A DNA stretch of 60,755 nucleotides, counting the filler, from Hausera hauseri (lineage: Eukaryota), in assembly GCA_046269625.1 (NCBI GenBank). It is 12 parts of 12 records of this genome, joined end to end, with 100 filler letters (N's around TTAATTAATTAA, not from the genome) between each part and the next. Parts side by side here need not be neighbours in the genome. Positions count along the whole stretch, not along the records: positions 42,930 to 47,101 come from JBJURY010721435.1; positions 47,202 to 51,220 come from JBJURY010815087.1; positions 51,321 to 56,531 come from JBJURY010306276.1; positions 56,632 to 60,755 come from JBJURY010746765.1; 8 more parts are not named here. One strand, given 5' to 3'. A program made the translations under genes and the position numbers. Position 1 is the stretch's first letter. Each line of letters starts with the position of its first letter. The notes under the pieces were generated by a model. That model had not been told where the DNA came from. It searched no databases and was given only the letters and a program-made list of their open reading frames with translations. This document shows, in pieces, positions 46,961 through 59,800 of this stretch.

Positions 46961-47101
46961 CGGGTGCAATCGGTAGTGCACTTGATGTTGTATATGAATG
47001 TGTAGTTAGAATTTAAATCGATTAATTGGTTTTCGAATAATTCGCAAGTGGGCTAGAACCGCCATAGGCCTTTCCGGTATAAATTTTAAATCAATGATAT
47101 C

Positions 47102-47201
47102 NNNNNNNNNNNNNNNNNNNNNNNNNNNNNNNNNNNNNNNNNNNNTTAATTAATTAANNNNNNNNNNNNNNNNNNNNNNNNNNNNNNNNNNNNNNNNNNN
47201 N
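47102..47201. other. artificial contig linker
   Basis: N44-TTAATTAATTAA-N44. Confidence 0.99.
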
Positions 47202-47341
47202 ACAACAGAAGGTGCTTGAACTAGCAAAGCAGGAAACGAAGCTGGTCATTAAAGATTATGACCCCTCAAAAGATTACAACTTTAAGATCAGTGCTGTGAA
47301 AGGCGGGAAGGAGAGCAAACCTCTTCAAGGAAAACATGAAG
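47202..47341 (+). CDS. exon of a FACIT-collagen-like (collagen XIV/XX-type) FN3 domain
   Basis: VLELAKQETKLVIKDYDPSKDYNFKISAVKGGKESKPLQGKHE ends at a phase-1 G|GTAGG donor; FN3 signature (L/Y)xPxxxYxxxIxA...ES.P. Confidence 0.55.
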
Positions 47342-48099
47342 GTAGGAATTTTAAACGAACTGTGGTACTTCTAAGTCTATGTTCACAAAGCAAGTCTTGA
47401 TGATCAATTCAGATTATTTTGGCTGATTTTTGTCATTCATATTACTTATTAAATGCAACCACAATGAGAGTTCTGTGTGAACAATTTAACCTTCCACCTC
47501 AAAGCGACTCACATGCGCAGAAGAACCTTAACGTTGCACCGCAGTACACTGTTTACGACTGTAATAATGGATGCCACCATTTTTTTGATCAATTTTAAAC
47601 ATGACAAGATCATCACAAAATTATGGCATGAGGGAAGCTAATAAGAAGAAAACACAGGTAAAATGGAAATGGCCTTTTGTGGACCATTGGCTGCAACTTG
47701 TGCACGTGATCTGTGTGACGTCACGTTCTGAGTAGAAGAAATAATACACTATAGTTGATGTCATTATTTTCAATTTAAAAGAAACGTTGGAAAGGCTCGT
47801 AAATCAGTTCAACGAAAGTACAAAATAAGAAGGAAGCGAACTGATTTGTTGTTGTAAAGTTGAAGATTTGATATTTTTATATCAGTCTTGCATATCACCA
47901 AACGCTGTTGGAAATAATGATGCGGGGATCGGAGCACCTATGGACCTGTCCAGAGTGCAGTGATGATGATCCAGCACGTAACTCATAACAGCCTTGCATG
48001 ATAATAAATAACAATAATAAATTGACTCATACACCTTGTGGTGTCTCCTGAACTAGTGTCTTAGAAACAGTACGCACTCTTATCTGCTACCATTTCCGA

Positions 48100-48290
48100 T
48101 CTAGAAACTATTGAAGAAATGTTCAAACTATCAAACAGTTGTGCCATAAACTATCGGAGTGCTGTACCAGAAAGCAACAAAACTTGCGCCAGAAACTATT
48201 AAAGAGTTGTGCTAGAAACCACTGAAGAGTCGTGCCAGAAATTATCACAGAGTTGTATCAGAAACTATCAAAAAGTAATGCCAGAAGCAG
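48100..48290. repeat. degenerate ~22-bp tandem repeat
   Basis: Recurrent gtgccagaaactatcaaagagtt-like units, about 8 copies. Confidence 0.65.
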
Positions 48291-48721
48291 TGGCATGCGG
48301 TGACTTTCCTGGTAGGGGACTAGCTTCATGAAACTTTAAGAGGCTGAAAGAAGGTCCATTTTGATGTGATGTGTAGAATTATCTTAACAAAGGAAAATTC
48401 ACATGTGATAACGTACATAGTATAATTACCTTAAATTATGCATTTTTGAAATTAAAACTGAAATAAACATACAAACAAAAATAATAATGAACAGAAAATT
48501 CAACAAACAATAAAAACAGAAAAACAATTTTTAAAAGGATATGAGAACATGATTTTTATTTATACGTTGAGCAAACGAATGTAAAGGGATACTCAAGGTC
48601 CAAGACCAAACAATGAAATAAATTAACACATATGTGTATGAACAGAGCAGTCGATAGACCGAAAGAAGTAGATAAGAAAGAGAACACGCCAGACAACAGA
48701 AAAAAAGAACAGATTGGAAAT

Positions 48722-48798
48722 TGGTCACTCCTGGAATCGAACCCGCAACACTGAAACGACTGTAAGCCAAGCAGTCTAGCCACTACTCTAACCATGCA
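48722..48798 (-). mobile_element. tRNA-derived SINE head
   Basis: Minus strand shows A-box-like TGGTTAGAGTAGTGG and B-box GGGTTCGATTCC; no intact cloverleaf. Confidence 0.55.
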
Positions 48799-50394
48799 CC
48801 TTTATTTTTCTTTGCCTTCTTATTTACTTCTTTTGGTCTATCAAGTGCCTATTCATACACATATTTGTTTGTTTATTTCATGTATACGTTAATGCGATCC
48901 TCCTAGAATTTAAAAAAAGAGTATCGGTACGCGGAAAAATGTGGCTGAAAACCTCTGATTTGAAATAACACCTACAGTTTTTCATTTTTGTTTTAACTGC
49001 AATGTCTAGAGTGGGCCTACCTTTCTTTTTCTTCTTCAAAAGTGAAGGCTTTTGAAAGTTACAGTGAACATTCTGTCAAGAATACCGCGAAGCGACACGC
49101 GATCGCCATGCCTTGTCAGCTGACCCATTTCAACCAATCATGTTGAATTGTTTTGAGGGAACAATATACTAAACCAAGTCCCATTGCAAATATTCTTATT
49201 TAAACAATCGTCTAACTAAATTAAAAACCCATCACTTTTATACATCAAAAGATTCCTTACATTAATGAGAAATAAATGATGATTTCAAATAATACAATTT
49301 ATCTACTCAAAAGATAACACGAACTTTAAACTTTGAAACGACCGAACGCATTAGCGTGTAATGTTAATAATACTGTAGAAACATGCAGAGATTCGAGCCT
49401 AGTCCCTTGTATCTGAAACCAAACAAGGAGTGTCGGAGAATACAAAGTCGGTAAAACATCAAAGGAGGATTTTTCCCATTGAAGATAATGATCGGAAAAG
49501 CAGCACATTCATCAGCACCGAAGTCATCATTATACAAAGACATTTGATACTGAATAAGCTAGGGTTATATATTATTGGTGGCTTTAGTCATAATGAAGTA
49601 TTCAGCAAGACGGCAGCCAACTTTGTTCTGCTTAAGAAACCGCTTGATGAAACGCAAATGTCATGAGCAGAAACACGCGTAGATACTTTGATTGTCTAAA
49701 GTCACAAATGTTTACAACTGCTGTACTTTTATTTGATGACACACAAAAATATATTCGGCCACGCTAAGATACAGATGCATGTTCTGTATCAGATTGTCAA
49801 TGTTACACTCACCTTTTGTTCAAATACGATTTATTAATTAGGCCACATGACTGCTGTTTACAAAAATGCCCCAAGACAACACAACTTAATTGAGATAACC
49901 ACTGTCTGATTAATTTCATCGATATTATCTAGTTATCGCTATAGATCTAACTAATATTTCGTTATAAATATATTAATAGTTACAATGATACTGTGGTTTG
50001 TCATTTATTAATAGAACTACTGCGTCGGAACTTAGAACGAAAGTTGTGCGTTCTGGACCATTTCATTACAGACAAGTTTCAGAAGACTACCCGCATTAGG
50101 GTAACCCGGCCAAGGATAAACTGACAGGTGGACCAAAGAAAGATGGAAATATGACAACATACACCTTTGTGGTGTTAATTTGGCATGTGATTTCGTTGTG
50201 AAATTATAGTGGTTACATCAGTGATTTAGTGCGAAGTTAGTAAACAATAGTTACTGCACTATAAATAAAATTCGTTCGAGTAGTATTTAGATGATGTATA
50301 GAATTAAGTCATGATGCTCCGTTTTCAACTTTCGATTATATAAATAGAATTTAATTATGATGTTTAATCTTTGATACTTGATTTAATCACGTTA

Positions 50395-50560
50395 TAGTGG
50401 TGTGTCAAATTGCTTTGGTATATTGTGTAATCTATATTTTAAATGCTCATTGGTGTGAATAATTGCTTTGGTGTATAGTGTAATCCATATTTTAAATATT
50501 CATCGGTGTATAATTGCTTTGGTGTATAATGTAATCCATATTTTAAATGTTCGTTGGTGA
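50395..50560. repeat. 3 x ~52-bp tandem repeat
   Basis: aattgctttggt(g/a)tat(a/t)(g/a)tgtaatc(c/t)atattttaaat repeated three times. Confidence 0.8.
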
Positions 50561-51220
50561 TATGATTGTAACAGAGCTGACTTTCTGACATTAGTGGTTC
50601 CTTATTTAATTATGCAAAATGTCATAATACAGTGTTTGAGCACTGTCCTCGACCATCGTAATAGATAGATAATAGCAAATATCAAGTCTAATATCGACTC
50701 ACCACCACCAAATTCAAACCGATCAATATTCCGGAAAAGAATGAGTAAATGTTGATTAAACAATTGGCAGGATATGGAAAAAGCCTGGGAAGGAAGATTA
50801 CATTATACAAGAACCCCGAGGAGACTTTGTGATGGAAGGTACCAAAGGAAACATATGAACGGAATCAAAGCAGAAAATGAACTCACAAACCTCCAGATTA
50901 TTGAGGCTCATGGAAATACTTTGGTTGAATAAAGAGAGAAGCTTACGTTGGTCAGATGCAAGTATTCTCAAACCTATATAGTACTCGGTAAATGTTGAGA
51001 AAAGATTTATTTTGAAACGATGCATGTCGACTCCAGGTTTATAGAAATAGATTTTATAATGAGATTACAGCAAATGTAAAATGTGGATTTTATATGTTAG
51101 GTATCGTTTAAGGTTGATGATAACAGCCCCTGTACCACCAACAAAGATAAAATACACGAAATCAAAGAAGCAGCAGAAGAGCTAGCGAAAAAAGCAGCTG
51201 ACAAATGGAGATATAATGCT

Positions 51221-51320
51221 NNNNNNNNNNNNNNNNNNNNNNNNNNNNNNNNNNNNNNNNNNNNTTAATTAATTAANNNNNNNNNNNNNNNNNNNNNNNN
51301 NNNNNNNNNNNNNNNNNNNN
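51221..51320. other. artificial contig linker
   Basis: N44-TTAATTAATTAA-N44. Confidence 0.99.
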
Positions 51321-51842
51321 TAAAAGACTGCGGCATTCCTCCCAGCGTTAGCCAGCGTGTCTTCTTCTGCTACCGGACACACTGCGGCGAAGTGCTCAGG
51401 AGTGACTAGCATGTTACTCCTGGGCTTGATTAAGCTCGCAGAGCAATTTCAGTTTCAGCGCAGCCCAAGGCCGACTATCATGAATAAAGGTGAAAGAACG
51501 TGCGCATGCACATTATCCAGCTTCATTATAATCTTCGGGCATGTGTATTCAAACAGCGACACAGGCATCAGAATGTAAATCATTGGAACATGGCCATATA
51601 TAATAAAAGGCGAGAAAGACAACTCTGCGGTTTGGCAATAGAGGAATATGGAGGTGATCTGGATGAGAATCTAAAGGAGTTGAACAATTGTCTTGGATCC
51701 ATTGAGAATGACTATTAGAGAACTGACACAAGAAGGAGCTACATTGCTACGAAACAAATTGTCTTCTTCCCTGAATGTACCTAATGTTTCCAGTATAACA
51801 CTTGCGGACTGATTCCTTGGCACAAAATTGTTTTATGAAAAC

Positions 51843-52211
51843 GTGCTGACTTATGCCGAAATGTCGCCTTGCTTGACATTCAAACTTGCTGACTCATACC
51901 TAAATGTCGCCTTGCTTGACATTAAAACTTGCTGACTCATACCGAAATGTCACCTTGCTTGACATTCAGACGTACTGACTCATACCGAAATGTCACTTTG
52001 CTTGACATTCAAACGTGCTGACTCATACCGAAATGTCGCCTTGCTTGGCATTCAAACTTGCTGACTCACCGAAATGTCACCTTGCTTGACATTCAAACGT
52101 GCTGACTCATACTGCAATGTCGTCTTGCTTGGCATTCAAACTTGTTGACTCATACCGAAATGTCGCCTTGCTTGACATTCATACTTGCTGACTCGTACCT
52201 AAATGTCGTCT
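51843..52211. repeat. 43-bp minisatellite, ~8.5 copies
   Basis: gctgactcataccgaaatgtcgccttgcttgacattcaaactt head-to-tail, no spacers. Confidence 0.92.
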
Positions 52212-53685
52212 CATAAAAAAATCGCGCGCGAGAGGGGGGGGGGGCCGTGTCCATTAAAGGTGATTAGGACCCCTGTATTTATCCAAAAGACTTGCAGTGA
52301 GGCTTTGAGTTTATCTTTAAAACGTATTTTTTTGTGGCTACCATGTAAATGTTTACGTATCTGCAATTCACTAGTTTGAAAAGCATTTTAAACAGCGGAT
52401 TTTTCTGGCACGCGAGCTTCATGACCTGACCAGTGAATCTGTGACTGAATTACAGTATGAGGATGCCAACTTTGTCACATACATCAGTGTCTGGTTTTTT
52501 GTCTTGACATTTGATTTTCATCATCTTTCGGAAGCAATCTGTCTGAAAGTGGTTAAGCTTTTTAACGTGGCGTCTGTGTACAGTCTCAATGTTTCACATG
52601 CACAGGACGGCAGCAATGAAACCACTGCTACTGTGTATACTTTCAGCTTTGTCTAATACCACTTCGATGACAGTATATCTTGAACAAGTGTCATAATTAG
52701 TCATTGACGATCCACACTATCTAGTCATATGCTACATTGGCCGTGTTTCCTTGTTTGTAACTTTTAAATTTCAACTTGCTGTTTACTCCAATACCGACGC
52801 ACGCCATTTTAATCAACTTATGGAGATTTTCGTCTTCAGTCCGCACGCCTCACTGAAAACACAATTCCTCAATTCACTTTTATATTTTCTGGATAAACAA
52901 GCTATCAGTACTAGGATAGCCAACTTCCTTGTGCTGGGGTTTTATTTTCAAATAATCATGCTCCTGAAAGCGTATGGACATTTCATGTATTAAACGTAGT
53001 CCGGGTCGATGTTCATATTTTAAATGCAATCTTGAGCGAAAAATCTCAACATCCAATCTGTTATTATAAAATAAAACAAGGCCTTCGACAGTTTCTTAAT
53101 TGTTAGCGAATTAAATCTGCGTAATTTCTGGATTATAGAGATATCAATATTCTTGGAATGTGATGAGTCAGTGGGCAGATGAATCTCAGAGATAATTACG
53201 TTTCCGAAAGATGATCATGGACCGCCACTTCAAGAGACTGGTTAGGCTTGATTTGGCACACATCAGATGACATCAAACAGAAGGTCCTGATGAGATTCAC
53301 AGCGTACGTGAAGGCGGGATTCTAATTAAAAAGAAAACAAAAACATTTAATTAGCTTTTTGCTGTGTACTGTTGTGAACAAAAATAGGTTATTATAAATG
53401 TCCAAAACTGGCAATAGACACCCAGACAAATATTCCTGTTGCCCCTAATTTTTATTTAATAATTAAATTGCATTGGTTAATGATTAAACTGTGAATTTTG
53501 TCGATAATGATAAAGTGAGAACTGCTCACACACGAACTATACATTAGATATCTGATAGTTCCCAGAATTTGATACTTGTGACCAATGCAAGTGAAACCAA
53601 CAAATGTACATCTACCACAGAATAGTGAATGTCGACACATGTTGACTACCCATTCCAATTGTCAGTAATCGTTGATTACTTGTAC

Positions 53686-53694
53686 TATATAAAT
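53686..53694 (+). promoter_or_regulatory. TATA box of the serine protease gene
   Basis: TATATAAAT about 30-37 bp upstream of ATG 53723. Confidence 0.5.
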
Positions 53695-53722
53695 CATTCG
53701 ACATTGTACAAAAATCATCAAC

Positions 53723-54572
53723 ATGTCTATTAGTCCAGTAATATTACTGATGTGCGTTGCCTACGCAACAGCAGATTGGAAAGTAATTAACGGATCCAAC
53801 GCTATCATGAATGAATTTCCCGATATTGTCTCTATCGTTATAAACGGAGATCATTTCTGTGGAGGGACTTTAGTAAATAAAAATACTGTTCTTTCAGCAG
53901 CCCATTGTGCATGGCCGATCAAGGATTTGGATGCGAATTCGTTGCGTTATTACCGTGTCAAAGTTGTAATGGGTCAATATGATCAACATGTGAATTCGGG
54001 AATGGAGAAATCATTTCAAGTAACGAAGGTCATTATGCATCCGTACTACACACAGGCAAATTCATACGTATATGGTAATGATGTTGCAGTATTCAAATTC
54101 GAGGGAGAAATGTTAGACACTGAAGTGTCATACATAAAATATGTTAATCTGGCACAAAATGAAGTGTCAGCACCAGGAATGCGATGTCAAGTTGCTGGAT
54201 GGGGAAGCATGAATCCATCGGGAATTGGGGCAGCTCGAATTTTGCAGAAGGCTACATTGAATGTAAGAATTGTTTGTGACACAATAAGAAATATTTATTT
54301 GTATGATATAGGTTTTGTCGAATGATGAATGCTCTCGTGTCTTCTACAATGTGAGATACACACCATCGAACATCTGTGCAGGAAGCGGTGTACTTTCTAC
54401 CTCTGCGTGCAAAGGAGATTCTGGTGGACCATTGTATTGTAAAGATGGATTCAACAGAAATGTGCAAGTTGGTATCGTTAGTTATGGAGTAGTTCCTTGT
54501 GGACAACCAAATACACCGACTGTGTTTGCTCGAGTATCTAACCTTTATTCCTGGATAAAAAGTGTGTCTTAA
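53723..54572 (+). CDS. secreted S1A serine protease (chymotrypsin/elastase-like), 2 exons: 53723-54262 + 54312-54572, 266 aa
   Basis: Signal peptide, K|VINGS activation site, HFCGG, SAAHC, NDVAV, GDSGGP triad; 49-bp GTAAGA...ATAG phase-0 intron; AATAAA at 54578. Confidence 0.92.
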
Positions 54573-56531
54573 ATCTGAATAAATAGTTTTGTAGTGCTAT
54601 TTTTATTGAATGTATCAAAATGCGGTAATAATTCACTATAACCCTCTATCAACTTACGAAAATGCTTACAGTTGCCTGGTTTTCTTTGATTTTTGTTGAC
54701 AACTGCGTTGCTGCCATCTTTCTTGTATGTACAACTTATTATGCATCGATTTTTCGCCAATCTGGTGTTATGAGAAGAAGAGCTGTGATTTTAACAAATA
54801 AGATAAATTTAAAAATAAATTGAAATTTTAAAAAGTGATTATTTTCTTTTCCATTGAATATTGAAAATAAAAATTAAATTTTCAATTATCTAAAAACCAA
54901 ATCGTCTGAGTACACCGCATATGGCTTTAACTATGGGAGAATCAGCTCAATAAAGATAACATGTTTTCATTCTTTTTTCTCATGCCACTAGTCTCTTAGG
55001 ATTTCTGAAAATTGAAAACGGTTAAAGGAAATTTCTATTGACACTAATGGCTTTCAATGTTATGTTTGTTACCAGTAAAATGATGAAAATATAATATGGA
55101 AAAGTTATGAAATATTGGCTTCTAAATGTTAAATCATTTTGCACTTCTTCAATTTTCCTCTAACATGCATAAGAATTTTGAATTTTCATAAAATTTTCGT
55201 TTCTTTTTTCAACCAACATTTTACTGCAGTTGGATTTCCAGTTTGTCGTTCATGTTATGTCAAAGTACAATGGATTCGTCTAATTATCAATGTTGTGCCG
55301 GTTTTGACTTCGCCCCTTTGGTCCATTTTGGTTGGACACGTTCGGATGTATCACTTCACTGTGTATCACTGATATATCACTGTACAGTAATTTGATTCAG
55401 AGTATTTCATCAGATGGTATTGTGATTACCGAGACAGGTTCGCAATTGCAAATACCGAATGGTGTGAAACTACCGTCGTTGAGTCAACCACCGCTGATCG
55501 AAACATCATTTTACAACACCACACTGACGACAGATGACGATCAATTGTATCCGGATTTTAGAATCGATTTTAGATCGCATTCTTATTCGTATCAAATTAG
55601 AATATCAGATGCGGCCTTAGTCGGGTGATGATGATGCTCTACCTCCTCGAACAGTTTCCCATACTCCATTTTCCTTATCTTCTCAACTTTATTACTCCAG
55701 ATCTTTCGATTACTGTTACTCATCATAACTGTAAACTAATTCTAACATTCTATAACTCAAAGAATCACCTTCCCAAACAGAAAACATTATTGTATCAAAT
55801 CTACAGTTACAAAGAAGAAGATCGTTACTCAAAGTCGACCATACATCATTGTACAATCAGCATTCCCAATGACGGTACTAAACAACCTACTGGTAGTAAT
55901 GTTGCGTTGTTTCCAATTATCACTCGGTTGTTTCTTATCATTAATTCTGTCGATGGTAAACTCGTGGCTTTCTGTTCGTTTATTTGATTAAGTACATGAA
56001 ACTAATTTTGTTAGATATTGTTTGTAACCCTCGTTAGGTAGCTATCGTTGTTCGTTACACTATAAGTCATTAGTTTGTTGCAGTAGATATTTTCAGGTTT
56101 TAGTAGCGTCTACATTTTGTGTTATGCTTTGTGATGGTATTTTGTTACAATTTGTTTAATTGACGTTTGTTCTTTGGTCGAACATTAAGTTATTTGTTCT
56201 TATACACTGTTTATGTTGAACAATGTATTTTTATGAGCTGTTTTTTGAAATTGACTTAATCAATGCCAGTATATGTGTTGGAATCTGACTGACTAGTTGG
56301 GTAATCCGGAGGACTTGAGGTATAGTGAGGAAAGGTGTATATAGTGTATATATAGAGGTATGTGTGTGAGTATGCTTCTGCATATGTACAGAAAAAGTGA
56401 GCGAATGGTGACGTTGTATATAAATATATTGTACATATATATTTTATGTTTTTCATGTAAATTTTGTGTGGAATTGAGATTGTGTGTGAGAAACCTGCGT
56501 GCTTGAAGATGTAAAATAGGTATGGAAATGG

Positions 56532-56631
56532 NNNNNNNNNNNNNNNNNNNNNNNNNNNNNNNNNNNNNNNNNNNNTTAATTAATTAANNNNNNNNNNNNN
56601 NNNNNNNNNNNNNNNNNNNNNNNNNNNNNNN
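56532..56631. other. artificial contig linker
   Basis: N44-TTAATTAATTAA-N44. Confidence 0.99.
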
Positions 56632-56685
<54 letters not shown>

Positions 56686-56708
56686 AACAACAACAACAAC
56701 AACAACAA
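56632..56708. repeat. (AAC)n microsatellite
   Basis: ~25 AAC units with one AAT variant. Confidence 0.95.
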
Positions 56709-56849
56709 GGAACCGCCAGGCATCAACAAGTCTTGACGACTTAATCAGAAATAGTACCCAGCAGCAGCAGCAGGAACAGCATCAAAAAGAAGAATAACAG
56801 GAGGCCAGTATTCCCAACATTACAGTCAAGTGCGACCTGAAAAGATCGT

Positions 56850-59800
56850 ATGTGGACATGAAGGTGGACATGTCGGCTGAAACAACAGCAACAACGCAAT
56901 TGAAGGATGTACCCGCTCATGTGCGTAACCGATTGGAAACAGAGGTTGCCAAATTCCAACATTACCACCACCACCACTGCAAAGTGCAATATTATGCACT
57001 TGCAGAATTTGGAAACGTTGAAGGTGACAGGAAACAGTGGTACCTGTCACATCGAGCCGTACTGTATTCCGACGATCTTATTCCGACGTAGGCGAAAACC
57101 TCGAGGAGAAAATCGCCAACTACACGAAAAAGGGTAGTGGATGGCGAATTATACAAATTGTCGCTTTCGGCTTTATTGTAACTAAGTCTAGTGACATCAT
57201 ATATTTGTCCGGGCGATAATTCATACCGACACCTGCAGCTCTGAAGCAGTCTGTGGCGGTATTGAATATAAAAAATACTAACGACGGATACTGCTTTCTT
57301 TACAGTATTCTGGCGATATTGAAATGCGACGAAGTGGACATACATAATGCATCTTGCCAAAAACAGTATCAGAAATATTTTTACGAATTGCATTTCGATG
57401 AAAGCTGGATGCCGATGAAACTGAAATCCATTCCGACATTTGAACGGCGTAATCCGACACTGACAATCAACATGTTCCGGTATAACACAATCGTAGAAAT
57501 ATCGGCGGATGAAGAAATTTACAAAAAACCCCATATGGATATAATATAGGGTAGTCGGAACCCAAATGGCTGCCCAATAAATTTGTTGTTATTGGAGCAA
57601 AAGGAAAAATTCCATTGCGTTGCAGTGACAAATCTGGACAGACTGTTGAACATGGAACATGACCAGTTCATCGAAAAGCGAATACGGTGTAAATGGTGTC
57701 CCGTGTGTCTGCACTGATTCAGATCAGAGACAACATGGGAGAAACACATGACTCTGTGCAGAAAAAATTCAACGGGAACAACCATGTACGTAATGCCACT
57801 CAAAAAGGGGCTTCGATTCGGTGCCTGATCGAAAACAGACAGTCCAGCATACGTTGTATATGCCGATATCGAAGCTGCCTTACTACGGCACAACATATAT
57901 GACCAAAAACATGTTCCAATCGCCGCCGGTATGTTGTTTGTCCCAATAAAAGCCGCAGATCAACCGCAATATTACGTTTTTCATAACTGGAACTGCATAC
58001 GCGATTTCCTGCATCAGTTGGAAACAATAGTAGAAACGAAACTCGCACCCTGGTACAGTAGAAATAGCAATAAACCCTTGATGTGGTCAGATGAAGATGA
58101 ACGCCTGACGCTTGCAGTCACGGATGAATGTTATCTGTGCCACCACAAAATATTGCCGTTCGATACACAGGAACGGCTCGTACCGGATCACGATCATTTT
58201 ACCGGTCGATATCTCGGAGCAGCATGCAATTCATGCAATTTGGAAAGAAGGGTTCGGCCATTCCTGCCAGTGATTTTTCATAACTTCCGGGGTTATAATT
58301 GTGACCATATTTTGAAATGGGCCATCAGCGGATTTCCGCACTGGGAGCTATCCATAATCCCAACAACAATGAAGAAGTATCTGTCCCTATCGGCACGCAT
58401 AAACCGGTTTCAGGTACGGTTTCTTGACTCATTGCAGTTCCTCAATGAGTCTCTAGGAAAGCTCGTAAGTGCCTTGTCAGATGTGCCGATAACGCTGACG
58501 CAGTTCCCTGCGCATATTGTACGTAGCAAAGGCATATTCCCATATTACTTTGCTGTGTCATACGAGCGGCTTCAGACAACAGAGGAATTGCCGCCATAAT
58601 GGACCGGAATCACAGAGGAGGAGTACCACAGAGCACAGGAAGCGTGGACAGGACTCGGCTGCAGAAAAATGTTGGAGTACATGCTCCAGTACCTTAAACT
58701 GGACGTAATATTGCTGGCCGACGTGTTTCAGGCATTTTGTACTAAGGCGTTAGCGGAAGGTAGGCTTGAGCCGCTTAATTTTTACTCCATACCGCGGATG
58801 AGTTGGGCATCGGCCCTAATGTCGCTGGACAGTGAAATTGAGCTGCTGCAAGGCCCGGAAATGTACCGCTTGTTTGACTTTGGCATTCGTGGCGGCATGA
58901 CGTTTGTTAACAAACATCACGTAACCAGTGATGATACCACGTAAATGTTGTACATCGATATTAATAACCTGTACGGCTGGGCGCTTTCGCAACCTTTGCC
59001 GCACGGTTCATTTGAATAGGTTGTCGAAAAACCGGAATTGGATGCATTAAAGGACAGTCTGCCTGCAGCAAACACGACAGAAAGCAGCTCAGTCGGCTAC
59101 GTAATGGAAGTCGATCTCGTCGTTCCATATGAGCTGCATGACGCTCTGGACGAATTACCCGTGGCACAAATCAGCCAATGTCCACCCGGCAGCTGAAAAA
59201 AAAGTAAAAAAAACTGCTCATGACACATGAACCGAGGCTGGATTACGTAGTTCATTGGCGTCTGCTGCCGTTTTACATACAGCTCGATGTACGTGTCACA
59301 CAGCTGCATCGTGCAATCCGTTTCAATCAGGCGCCGATATTCAAGGCATACATCGATGGAAATTCTGGGAAACGAGCCGCAGCTTGTACAAAGTTCGAAA
59401 AGAACTATTACAAGTTGAAAAGTAATTCTTTTTACGGCAAAACAGTAGAGAACCTCAAAAAGTGGCTCAATGAGCGCCTGTGCAACAACAAAAAGCGGCT
59501 GGTTACTTACACCAGCAAGGCTCAATTTAGGCGGTCAATGCACATTGCCGACGGATTAGTCGCCGTGCTTCTCAACAGTGAAGAAGTAGTACTGGACCGG
59601 CCAAGCTACATCGAGCAAGTGGTATTGGACCTGAGCAAGTTGCGAATGTACGAGCTGCAGTATCGCGACTTGGCACGTTACTGGCAAATGTTTGGCGGCG
59701 GCGGCGGCGTCTGTGAGATCAATATCGTTGCCGGTGACACAGACAGCTTTTCCCTTGAGCTAAAAAACATAAATCGGAACCAGCTGGTCCGACAAATGAT

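Noticed and set aside
46674-46976. ORFs 5618-5935 and 46674-46976, which resemble each other
   Set aside because: Translations of the palindrome-rich TIR sequence; the similarity is at DNA level with indels
48722-48798. Functional tRNA gene
   Set aside because: A and B boxes present but stems do not pair into a cloverleaf; treated as a SINE head
51843-52211. CRISPR array
   Set aside because: Head-to-tail repeats with no unique spacers, no cas genes, eukaryotic context
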